Assembly (NCBI GenBank): GCA_963803805.1
Contig: CAWDOD010000007.1
Span: forward strand, 128,001 to 192,000
Length of the DNA stretch: 64,000 nucleotides
Direction: 5' to 3'
Origin: an uncultured cyanobacterium
GTDB taxonomy: Bacteria > Cyanobacteriota > Cyanobacteriia > Cyanobacteriales > CAWCAG01
The notes under the pieces were generated by a model that did not search any database, had not been told where the DNA came from, and worked only from the letters and a program-made list of their open reading frames with translations. The position numbers and the translations under genes are program-made. Below are positions 52,050 to 60,851 of the stretch, piece after piece; within the stretch, counting starts at the first letter, position 1; each line of letters opens with the position of its first letter.

Positions 52050-53564
52050 ATGACTAAGGGGAAAAGTAAAATAGCAACTCAATCCTGGCAACCGGTGGAT
52101 CGGCTATCGGTAATACTCATCTCGATCCTCAGTGTAACTATTGCCATCTTGCTTTTGGTTGTTAGTCCAGTCGGACCAAAAGTTAGGGATTTTAGTTGGC
52201 AAGAACAGACAATTGGCGCAGAAGATAGGGCTTTTATTGTCACTTTTAATAGCCCTATGAAACGCGAGAGTGTGGAGAATAATCTTAAAATAGCTCCACC
52301 TTTACCCGGCAAAATTAGCTGGTCTGGCCGCCGCTTAGCCTATACCTTAGAAAATCCTGCTACCTATGGTCTTGATTATGAAGTAACGATCAAAGGCGCT
52401 AGAGAAAAAATTGGGAGCAAAGATAGTCAAGGAAAAGCCTTGCAACCATTCACTGGGCAATTCAAGAGTAGAAATCGTGCTTTTGCTTATATTGGTGTCG
52501 AAGGAGAAGAGAAAGGTAAGTTAATTCTCTATAATCTTACGGGCCGCCAACAAAGTATTCTTACTCCTGGTGACTTGATAGTTACAGATTTCCAGCCCTA
52601 TCCCCAAGGAGATCGCATTTTATTTGCTGCTGAAGAGTCAAAAGATTGGTCTAAAGGATTGAATAAGCAACAACTCTATTCTGTGGCTACGGGCATACAA
52701 TCTCAAGATGGAGAAGAATTAGCCCCAGGAGAAAACTTGCAAGTGGTTTTGGATAGTAAGAATTATCAAAACTTGCAATTTGCTATTTCTCAAGATGGGG
52801 AAATAGTTATTGTTAAAAGATTGAGTTGGCGTAATAAAAGTGATCAAGATTTATGGGTGATTAAAGGGGAACAAGAAGCAAAACCTTTGAAGCAAGAATT
52901 AACTGGGGATTTCGTCATTACTCCTGATAGTCAAGCAGTGGTTGTTCCCACCGGAAAAGATGGTAAAGGTGTGGGGGTTATACCTTTAGAAGCTGAGACT
53001 GAAACTATTGAATTTTTACCTAAATTTGGTCAAGTATTGAGTTTTGCGAGCGATGGCACAGCCGCAGCGATGGTAGATTTTAATAGCGATGATCCAGAAT
53101 TGCGTTATGCGCGATCGCTGTTTTTAGTCACTAACCAAGGGCTACAAAAAAAACTCCTTGATGTCAAGGGTTCTTTGATTGATTGTGCTTTCGATGCTAA
53201 CCGCAAAAATCTCTATTGTCTCCTCAGTGAGTTGAAAGAAGAGGAAGGATATCAAGAACAACCTTACTTAGCCAAGTTTGATTTAGAAGATACCGAAAAT
53301 CCTACGGTTACGCCCCTAGCTTTGTTGCCAGAACAACTAGATGTACAAATGAGTTTAGCCCCCGATGGCTTAGGAATTTTGGTAGATCAGGTTATACCCA
53401 CAGAAACAGATTCTCCTGAAGCATTGAGAAGCGATTCTGGGCAACCGATAGCTACCAGTCGCCTTTGGTTATTGTTGCTTCCTACTCCAGGGGCTGAATC
53501 CCCTAAACCTCCTGCTTTAGAAGAGTTGCCTTTACCAGGTTTCAAGCCCCAGTGGATGCCTTGA
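52050..53564 (+). CDS. membrane-anchored Ig-like (Big_5) plus TolB-like beta-propeller protein
   Basis: N-terminal TM, 'FNSPM..ESVE', 'WSGRRL', repeated '(S/T)PDG'-type blades. Confidence 0.7.
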   Translation: MTKGKSKIATQSWQPVDRLSVILISILSVTIAILLLVVSPVGPKVRDFSWQEQTIGAEDRAFIVTFNSPMKRESVENNLKIAPPLPGKISWSGRRLAYTLENPATYGLDYEVTIKGAREKIGSKDSQGKALQPFTGQFKSRNRAFAYIGVEGEEKGKLILYNLTGRQQSILTPGDLIVTDFQPYPQGDRILFAAEESKDWSKGLNKQQLYSVATGIQSQDGEELAPGENLQVVLDSKNYQNLQFAISQDGEIVIVKRLSWRNKSDQDLWVIKGEQEAKPLKQELTGDFVITPDSQAVVVPTGKDGKGVGVIPLEAETETIEFLPKFGQVLSFASDGTAAAMVDFNSDDPELRYARSLFLVTNQGLQKKLLDVKGSLIDCAFDANRKNLYCLLSELKEEEGYQEQPYLAKFDLEDTENPTVTPLALLPEQLDVQMSLAPDGLGILVDQVIPTETDSPEALRSDSGQPIATSRLWLLLLPTPGAESPKPPALEELPLPGFKPQWMP

Positions 53565-53704
53565 CATTGAACATTAAACATTGTTGGCGTTAGCCTTGCC
53601 ACTAGGCTGCATTAAATATTTTTTCTATTCAAAAGCTAACAGCTATAGGCGTTTCGCGCAGCGTTGCCGCAGGCTAGCCTTGTCGTAAGACTAAGCTAAA
53701 ATCA

Positions 53705-54716
53705 ACGTGAGTTCGACGGAGGAAAAAGAGAGAAAAGAAAAGCATCAGAGGTATGCTGAAAATGAATCTTAATCAGAATCTGATGCTATGTCCAATATTG
53801 TATCTCGTCTCGATATCACCCAAATATTCTGTCAGGTAGATGACTTTTATCAAAGGTTTGAGAGGCATTGGCAACAACAGCCAATGTTAACAGCAACTTG
53901 TGGAGAGCGTCTATGTCGCTCCCGCCTAAGCCTAAGCGAAGTGATGACCATTGTCATTGCCTTTCATGGTTCGGGATTTCGCACTTTTAAAGAATTTTAC
54001 ACTCTACAAGTCTTGCCTTACTGGAAGAAAGCTTTTCCCAACTTGGTCAGTTACACTCGATTCGTAGAGCTAATGCCGTGGAGCTTAATGCTTCTTTGCT
54101 GTTTTCTACATACTCTTCGAGGAGAAATTACCGGCATCAGCTTTATTGATTCTACCCCCATTGAGGTCTGCCACCCGAATCGCTCCAAAAGCCACCGTGT
54201 TTTTGAAGGTTTGGTAGGTTGGGGCAAAAATGCTATGGGATGGCATTATGGCTTCAAGCTACATCTAATTATTAATGACAAAGGTGAGCTGCTTGCTTTC
54301 AAACTTACAGAGGGTAATACTGATGACCGTAACCCTGTGCCAGATATGGCTGATGGCTTGATTGGTAAGTTATTTGGCGACCGAGGTTATATTTCTCAGG
54401 ATTTGTTTGAGAAACTCTATGAACAAAGACTACAACTGATTACACACCGCAAGAAAAATATGAAGCCGAAGTTAATGCGTCTTCAGGATAAGATTCTCCT
54501 ACGTAAGCGTTCTCTGATTGAGACTGTTAATGACCAGCTCAAGAATATCTGTCAGATTCAGCATTCAAGACACCGTAGCGTTTGGAATTTTTTGGTTAAT
54601 CTCTTAGCTGGTCTAATCGCTTATACTTTCTTGCCCAAAAAGCCTTCCCTTGACCTTGACCCCAAAGGCCTAGCTGAACTTCCTTCTGCTGTTTTTTAAC
54701 TTCATCGAACTCACGT
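53705..54716 (+). mobile_element. complete IS982-family insertion sequence (1012 bp)
   Basis: TIR ACGTGAGTTCGA/TCGAACTCACGT; 8-bp target duplication TAAAATCA (53697-53704, 54717-54724). Confidence 0.95.
53788..54699 (+). CDS. IS982-family DDE transposase
   Basis: 'IFCQVDDF', 'FIDSTPI', 'GWHYGFKLH', 'GDRGYIS', 'RSLIETVN'. Confidence 0.93.
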   Translation: MSNIVSRLDITQIFCQVDDFYQRFERHWQQQPMLTATCGERLCRSRLSLSEVMTIVIAFHGSGFRTFKEFYTLQVLPYWKKAFPNLVSYTRFVELMPWSLMLLCCFLHTLRGEITGISFIDSTPIEVCHPNRSKSHRVFEGLVGWGKNAMGWHYGFKLHLIINDKGELLAFKLTEGNTDDRNPVPDMADGLIGKLFGDRGYISQDLFEKLYEQRLQLITHRKKNMKPKLMRLQDKILLRKRSLIETVNDQLKNICQIQHSRHRSVWNFLVNLLAGLIAYTFLPKKPSLDLDPKGLAELPSAVF

Positions 54717-54895
54717 TAAAATCAGAAAATTTTGAATACTTCATTAATTGGAATACTTTTTAATTGGAATACTTTTACTGTTTACTGTATTCGCTTGGTG
54801 GGTATTTTTTTTTGGGCTTTTGATTGGCTGTAAGCGGAATCAGCTTAATTGAGGTTGTATAAACACTTAAACCACAAAGTATAACCACACAAAAT

Positions 54896-55933
54896 ATGCT
54901 GATAGCAAAGTCAACTAGTAAGACTGTTTTAATACTGAGTATATTAATACTTACCGCTTGTGCAGGAGAAGCAAATCAAGGGACTAAATCTGAGTTAGAA
55001 AAATCTTTCCAAGAATTGTGTCTCCAAAAAGCCAACTTATCAACCGAAGTAAGTAAGACTATAGATGCACTACTAGAAGAAGCCGGGACAACTGATTGTG
55101 AAGCAGCTAACGCAGAGTTGTTAAGTCGCACACAGCTTAGCCTCTTTGATAAGGAAATTACAGATATTAGCCCAATAGCTGGGTTTACCAATCTAGAGGG
55201 ACTTATCTTAGACAAAAATCAGGTCAAGGATATTACTCCTTTAACCAAACTGACTAACTTAGATTCTCTTACCCTCGCCAGCAACCAAATCGTAGATATT
55301 ACCCCTCTAGCTGGACTGACTAATCTAGAAGGCCTTGCTCTTAACAATAACCAAATCGTAGATGTTACTCCTCTAGCTGGACTCACCAATCTAGAGATTC
55401 TTACTCTCAACGATAACCAAATCAACGATCTTACCCCTCTAATCGGACTCACAAATCTAGAAGACATTACCCTAGACAACAACCAAATCAGTGATGTTGC
55501 TTCTCTAGCTGGACTGACTAATCTAGACGGCCTTACTCTATATAACAACCAAATTACTGATGTTACTCCTCTAGCTAAACTTACAAAATTACAGTACCTT
55601 GACCTCCACAAAAACCAAATTACTGATATTACCCCGATAGCCAAACTTACACAACTAGACTCCCTTAGCCTGGACAACAACCAAATTGTCGATGTTACTC
55701 CTTTAGCTGGACTTACAAATTTACAGTACCTTACCCTCACGGACAACCAAATCGCTGATGTTACCTCAATAGCGAGACTCACCAATTTAGACTCCCTTTA
55801 CCTCAGCGACAATCAAATCACAACAGTCGATTCTCTATCAGGATTAACAAAGCTAAGTTGGCTTGCTCTTGAGGGAAATCCTCTTACACAAGAAACTTGC
55901 CCAGTAGATGAATCTATTTGTCATTTTGATTGA
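54896..55933 (+). CDS. internalin-like leucine-rich-repeat lipoprotein
   Basis: Lipobox LTAC, Cys cap 'FQELC...TTDC', 22-aa LRRs 'LTNLxxLxLxxNQIxDxTPL'. Confidence 0.92.
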   Translation: MLIAKSTSKTVLILSILILTACAGEANQGTKSELEKSFQELCLQKANLSTEVSKTIDALLEEAGTTDCEAANAELLSRTQLSLFDKEITDISPIAGFTNLEGLILDKNQVKDITPLTKLTNLDSLTLASNQIVDITPLAGLTNLEGLALNNNQIVDVTPLAGLTNLEILTLNDNQINDLTPLIGLTNLEDITLDNNQISDVASLAGLTNLDGLTLYNNQITDVTPLAKLTKLQYLDLHKNQITDITPIAKLTQLDSLSLDNNQIVDVTPLAGLTNLQYLTLTDNQIADVTSIARLTNLDSLYLSDNQITTVDSLSGLTKLSWLALEGNPLTQETCPVDESICHFD

Positions 55934-56007
55934 TCATGAGCGGAATTAGCTTGATGGAAACTGTAGAAATACTTACACGATGAAGCAATAACCGCAAACA
56001 TACACTA

Positions 56008-57396
56008 ATGGCAAAATTAACTAACAATCCCGTTTTAATACTAGGTACATTAATACTCACCGCTTGGGAAACTCAGGCAACTTATGCGGTTGGACTTAGT
56101 TTAGAAAGCTCTTTTCAGGAGTGGTGTTTGCAAAAAGATGAACTATCAACAGCAGCAAGGAAGACTGTAGATGCACTACTAGAAGAAGCTGGGACAACTG
56201 ATTGTGAAGCGGCTAACAACGAATTATCTCGCCGTAGCGAACTCTTCCTTAATCTCCAAGAAATCACAGATGTTGCCCCCATAGCGGGACTCATCAATCT
56301 AGAGTACCTTTCTTTAGCAGGCAACAAAATCACTGATGTTACACCTTTAGCCAAACTCACCAACCTCTCATCACTTGACCTAAGCGATAACCAAATTACA
56401 GATGCTACTCCTTTAGCGATACTCACGAATCTTAAGGGTCTTGGCCTCAGCGATAACCAAATTAGTGATCTCAGTTTTTTAATACCACTTACCAAGCTGA
56501 GTGGTATTAACCTTGAGCGTAACCAAATTAGTGATCTCACTTCTTTGAGTGGACTAATTAATTTAGAGGGGCTTGATTTAAGGGATAATCAAATCTCAGA
56601 TATTAATTCTTTGAGGGGGCTGACTAAACTAGGATTCCTCAACCTCGATAACAACCAAATAACTGATATCACTTCTCTGGGTGGGCTAACTAATTTAGAG
56701 ATACTTTCCCTGCGCTTCAACGAAATAACTGAGATTAATTCTCTGAGCGGACTGAATAATCTAGAGATGCTTTCCCTGGGCTTTAATGAAATAACTGAGA
56801 TTAATTCTCTGAGCGGACTGACTAATCTAAAGTCTCTTGACATAGACAAAAATCAAATCGTAGATGTTACTCCTTTAAGAGGACTGAATGATTTAGAGTC
56901 CCTTACTCTAAGCGAGCATAAAATCACTGGTGTTGTTCCTGATTTGAGTTCTCTAGCGGCACTTCCTAATCTGCGATCGCTTGACCTAACTGGTAGCCAA
57001 ATTAACGATCTTACTACTCTGTCTGGACTCACTAACTTGAAATCTCTTTACCTCTGGGAAAACCAAATCGCTGATGTTACCCCTCTGTCTGGACTCACTA
57101 ATTTAACAAGCCTTTACCTGGGCAACAACCAAATCGCTGATGTTACCCCTCTGTCTAGACTCACTAATTTAAGAATACTTTTCCTGAACAACAACCAAAT
57201 CACTGATGTTACCCCTCTGTCTGGACTCACTAACTTAGAATTTCTTTATCTCTACAATAACCAAATCACAACGGTTAGTTCTCTATCACCATTAACTAAC
57301 TTAACCAAACTCCATCTCAATGAAAACCCCCTCCTACAGGAAACTTGCCCAGTAGAGCAATCAGCTTGTACTTTTGGCTCAATCTCAGCAGAATAA
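56008..57396 (+). CDS. internalin-like leucine-rich-repeat protein, paralogue of the upstream gene
   Basis: Same cap ('DALLEEAGTTDCEAAN') and C-terminal 'ETCPV..S.C.F'; more LRRs. Confidence 0.92.
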   Translation: MAKLTNNPVLILGTLILTAWETQATYAVGLSLESSFQEWCLQKDELSTAARKTVDALLEEAGTTDCEAANNELSRRSELFLNLQEITDVAPIAGLINLEYLSLAGNKITDVTPLAKLTNLSSLDLSDNQITDATPLAILTNLKGLGLSDNQISDLSFLIPLTKLSGINLERNQISDLTSLSGLINLEGLDLRDNQISDINSLRGLTKLGFLNLDNNQITDITSLGGLTNLEILSLRFNEITEINSLSGLNNLEMLSLGFNEITEINSLSGLTNLKSLDIDKNQIVDVTPLRGLNDLESLTLSEHKITGVVPDLSSLAALPNLRSLDLTGSQINDLTTLSGLTNLKSLYLWENQIADVTPLSGLTNLTSLYLGNNQIADVTPLSRLTNLRILFLNNNQITDVTPLSGLTNLEFLYLYNNQITTVSSLSPLTNLTKLHLNENPLLQETCPVEQSACTFGSISAE

Positions 57397-57460
57397 GCGC
57401 AATAGAAAAGAGCATCCCACAGTGATGCAACCAAGTAAAAATCACACCAGCAATACTAAT

Positions 57461-57720
57461 CCTTCTAAACAACGGTGATAAGGAAAATTCTCCTAAGCAA
57501 TCAGCGTTTCTTGTTGTCATCACACTATCGCTTAATTCAAAGGCCGCATCATGAGCTTTTCCTAGCATTTGATAGGTTTCTTGACGAAACTTTCTCAATC
57601 GTTCATATTTCATGGTAGGGAGATTTATGTATTTAGATTCCTCTGAATCATTTTCTCCCTCTTTTCCCTTTTTTCTCTACTGTTTTCCCTTCTCTTCCTT
57701 TTCGTTAGTCTAAACTACAG
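57461..57720 (-). mobile_element. truncated transposon left end with transposase N-terminus (IS701/IS4-like cyanobacterial family, from recall)
   Basis: 'LRKFRQETYQMLGKAHDAAFELSDSV...FSLSPLFRR' then abrupt loss of similarity; purine-rich leader; putative end CTGTAGTTTAGACTAA. Confidence 0.7.
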
Positions 57721-58943
57721 TTATCAGTAATCCTCTGCATTGCTTCTTCTACATTTTCCCGACTATTAAACGCAGAGATGCGGAAATAACCTTCCCCCGC
57801 AGCCCCAAACCCTGAACCAGGAGTCCCTACTACATAGCAAGTTTGCAACAACTTATCAAAGAAGTCCCAACTAGAAAGTCCTTGGGGAGTTTTGAGCCAA
57901 ATATAAGGTGCGTGTACACCACCATAAACACTAATTCCGGCTGCGGTTAGTTTTTCGCGGATGATTTTGGCATTTTCTAAATAGAAGCTAATCAACTCTT
58001 TGATTTGTTGTTGTCCTGCTTCGGAATAAACTGCTTCTGCCCCCCTTTGGATAATGTAGGATACGCCATTAAATTTGGTTGCTTGACGGCGATTCCACAG
58101 CTTCCATAACTCCACATCAGAACCGTCAGAGGCTTTGGCAGTTAAACCTTTGGGTACAACAGTAAAGGCACAGCGAGTTCCTGTGAAACCAGCATTTTTA
58201 GAAAAAGAACGAAATTCGATCGCACAATCCCTTGCCCCGATAATTTCGTATATAGAATGGGGAATTTCTGGATCGGTTATGTAAGCTTCGTAAGCGGCAT
58301 CAAAAAGAATTAAAGAGTTATTGCTTTTGGCATAATCTACCCAAGCTTTGAGGTTTTCTTTAGAAGCCACAACTCCTGTGGGATTGTTGGGGAAACAAAG
58401 GTAAATTAAATCAACTTTTTGCTTGGGAATTTCCGCCGTAAAATCATTCTCAGCAGTGATAGGTAAATAAACTAAACCCTCGTATTCCCCCTGCTCGTTA
58501 GCAGCACCTGTATGTCCTGCCATGACGTTAGTATCAACATAAACCGGATAAACAGGGTCTGTAACAGCGATGGTATTATCATTACCGAAGATATCAAGGA
58601 TGTTGCCTGTATCACACTTAGCACCATCAGAAATAAAGATTTCCGAAGCATCAACTTCACAACCCCGCGCCTGGAAGTCAGTGGCAGCAATTTTCTCCCT
58701 TAACCAAAGATAGCCTTGTTCTGGGCCATACCCTTGAAAAGTTTCGCGATCGCCCATTTCCTGAGTTGCTGCAATGATTGCACTCCGGCAAGCTTCTGGT
58801 AAAGGTTCTGTGACATCACCAATACCAAGTTTAATTAAAGGTGCATCAGGATGAGCTTCAGCAAAGTTGCTAACCCGTCGTCCAATTTCCGGGAAAAGGT
58901 AGCCAGCTTTAAGCTTGAGGTAATTATCGTTAATAGTTGTCAT
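57705..58943 (-). CDS. dapL: LL-diaminopimelate aminotransferase
   Basis: 'AGYLFPEI', 'LGIGDVT', 'GYGPEQG', '[13 protein letters not shown]'. Confidence 0.96.
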   Translation of the reverse strand: MTTINDNYLKLKAGYLFPEIGRRVSNFAEAHPDAPLIKLGIGDVTEPLPEACRSAIIAATQEMGDRETFQGYGPEQGYLWLREKIAATDFQARGCEVDASEIFISDGAKCDTGNILDIFGNDNTIAVTDPVYPVYVDTNVMAGHTGAANEQGEYEGLVYLPITAENDFTAEIPKQKVDLIYLCFPNNPTGVVASKENLKAWVDYAKSNNSLILFDAAYEAYITDPEIPHSIYEIIGARDCAIEFRSFSKNAGFTGTRCAFTVVPKGLTAKASDGSDVELWKLWNRRQATKFNGVSYIIQRGAEAVYSEAGQQQIKELISFYLENAKIIREKLTAAGISVYGGVHAPYIWLKTPQGLSSWDFFDKLLQTCYVVGTPGSGFGAAGEGYFRISAFNSRENVEEAMQRITDNCSLD

Positions 58944-59213
58944 AATTAATTTCTACACACGCCATAAAACAGCTTATACCATAAGATCTGGTGGTCACGC
59001 TTTCCCACTTACCGTAACCTACATTATTTGCCAGAAATTGAAAAAATGCCTTTTTCGACGTAAATACCTATGCAAAATGCAAGATTAAGTTTTGTGACAA
59101 TTGCCTAGAAGTTGCGTAAAACATAGCAATCTCACCAGAGAACCAGATGAAGGTGAGTAATTCACTTGAATAACCTATGAATAACCTAGAAGTTCTTACA
59201 TATTCTGGCCAGG

Positions 59214-59852
59214 GTGATGAATGAACTAGATGAGTCCTTGAAAGAGCTAGCTAAAAAAGCGCAGGGTTATCCTGTAGGGAGCAAAGAGCGCAATCGAGTT
59301 TTGCATCAGTTATGGAACAAAATACAGCAAAATTCCCATAAACTTTGCCGTCCTTTCCGAGGGCAGTTTATCAACTATCAACAAATTTATGTTGAAGCAG
59401 TGTATAAGTTGCTAGCTTATGTTTGTCAAAATATAGATCAGTATGATCCTGACAAAGGAGAACTTTTACAATGGGCAGCTAATCATAAACGTATGAAAGG
59501 CTTTTTTGAGAAAGCTTATCGGGAGATGAAGCCGATTGGAAATGCTAATTTGCCGAGGAAAACTTTACAAGATTTAGCAGAATTAAAAGAATCTAGTAAT
59601 AAGCCGGGGAAACTAGCTTCTGAGCAAATTATTGCTTATGTAGCTGAAGATCCTGATGGAATATTTAAGAGTAAATCTCTAAATGGCAATGAGGAGGCCA
59701 ACTTTAAGATGATTTTTACTAAATATCATCAAGGCTACTCGTTTCAAGAAATTGCCCAACAATTGCAGGAAAAATATTCCACTGTACATAGTTTTTATCA
59801 CCGCAACTTGAGTTATTTTGCGGAAACAATTAAAGCATATTTAAGTAATTAG
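59214..59852 (+). CDS. divergent sigma-70 family (ECF-like) factor
   Basis: Region-2-like 'YVEAV..L..YVCQNIDQYDPDKG.LLQW' and region-4 HTH 'GYSFQEIAQQLQEKYSTVHSFYHR'. Confidence 0.75.
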   Translation: MMNELDESLKELAKKAQGYPVGSKERNRVLHQLWNKIQQNSHKLCRPFRGQFINYQQIYVEAVYKLLAYVCQNIDQYDPDKGELLQWAANHKRMKGFFEKAYREMKPIGNANLPRKTLQDLAELKESSNKPGKLASEQIIAYVAEDPDGIFKSKSLNGNEEANFKMIFTKYHQGYSFQEIAQQLQEKYSTVHSFYHRNLSYFAETIKAYLSN

Positions 59853-59867
59853 TTAGGAGGTTGAAAA

Positions 59868-60818
59868 ATGCTAAGAGAATCGAATTCTTCTGGTGTAATT
59901 ATATCTTTAGGTGCAAAAGCACATCAGCTTGCTGAGGCATTTTCTCAGCAACAAGCTCAAAGTCACAAGACAAAACAAGTTTATCTTAATACTTTAGCAG
60001 TTTATGCTGTCAATATTTATCTAGAAGGGATGGGGATTACTACTGATTTGAAGTCTAGCTATAGCTGGAATGCTGTTATGCAAACTATGGCTAACGTAGC
60101 AGATTTAGTAATACCGGAACGAGGTAGATTGGAATGTCGTTACTTGTTACCTGACCAAGAATCTTGTTATGTTCCCTCAGAGGTTTGGCTAGAGAGAACT
60201 GGTTATGTTGTAGTTAAGCTAGACCAAGATTTAAGTGAGGCGAGGTTATTAGGTTTTACCATTAAAGTAGAAGAAGAATATTTAGCCCTTACAAACTTAT
60301 TACCATTAGAAGATTTATTAGATAGACTAATTGGAAAACAAGAGAAATTGCAGTCATCTCCTATTCAGCTTAGTAACTGGCTTGATAATCTTTTTACTAA
60401 AGGCTGGCAATCTTTACAAGAATACTTACAGAGTCAAAATTATGAGCCTGGTTTCAATTTTAGAAGCCCTGCTTTAATCACTTCTAAGCCAAAAACAGGA
60501 AAAACCAACTTAGCCGAAGGAATCAAATTAATCAAATTTGAAAAAGCAGAGCAACAAGTTGCTTTAGTGGTGGGTGCAGACTTAAAAACTCAGTTAGAAT
60601 CTACTATTTCAGTTAAGGTTTTTCCTTTGGGTAGCAGTACTTATCTTCCCCAAGATTTACAATTACTAATTTTAAGTGAAACGGGGGAACCAGTAGTACA
60701 AACTAAAGCGAAAGCCACCAAACAAATTGAAGTAGAGTTTAGTGGAGAAAAGGGAGAACAATTTAGGGTTAAAGTTGTTTTGGATGATTTTAGTATTACT
60801 GAAACATTTTCAATTTAA
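59868..60818 (+). CDS. DUF1822-like protein
   Basis: 'QVYLNTLAVYAV', 'VADL', 'GRLECR', 'GYVVV', 'LLGF', C-terminal 'GEQFRVKV..SITETF'; AGGAGG RBS. Confidence 0.85.
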   Translation: MLRESNSSGVIISLGAKAHQLAEAFSQQQAQSHKTKQVYLNTLAVYAVNIYLEGMGITTDLKSSYSWNAVMQTMANVADLVIPERGRLECRYLLPDQESCYVPSEVWLERTGYVVVKLDQDLSEARLLGFTIKVEEEYLALTNLLPLEDLLDRLIGKQEKLQSSPIQLSNWLDNLFTKGWQSLQEYLQSQNYEPGFNFRSPALITSKPKTGKTNLAEGIKLIKFEKAEQQVALVVGADLKTQLESTISVKVFPLGSSTYLPQDLQLLILSETGEPVVQTKAKATKQIEVEFSGEKGEQFRVKVVLDDFSITETFSI

Positions 60819-60851
60819 TTCTAGGTTGCAAGTATTAGGGTAAAGTGCATT

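Noticed and set aside
54745-54777. 16-bp tandem duplication TTAATTGGAATACTTT next to the IS982
   Set aside because: It lies outside the TIR/TSD and is most simply a slippage duplication with no functional evidence
54976-56849. Long antisense ORFs over the LRR genes
   Set aside because: They are shadows of the repetitive LRR codon pattern on the opposite strand, with no independent protein features
57020-57270. Regular repeats with variable spacers resembling a CRISPR array
   Set aside because: The period is 66 bp and in frame within an LRR gene, and there are no cas genes in the window
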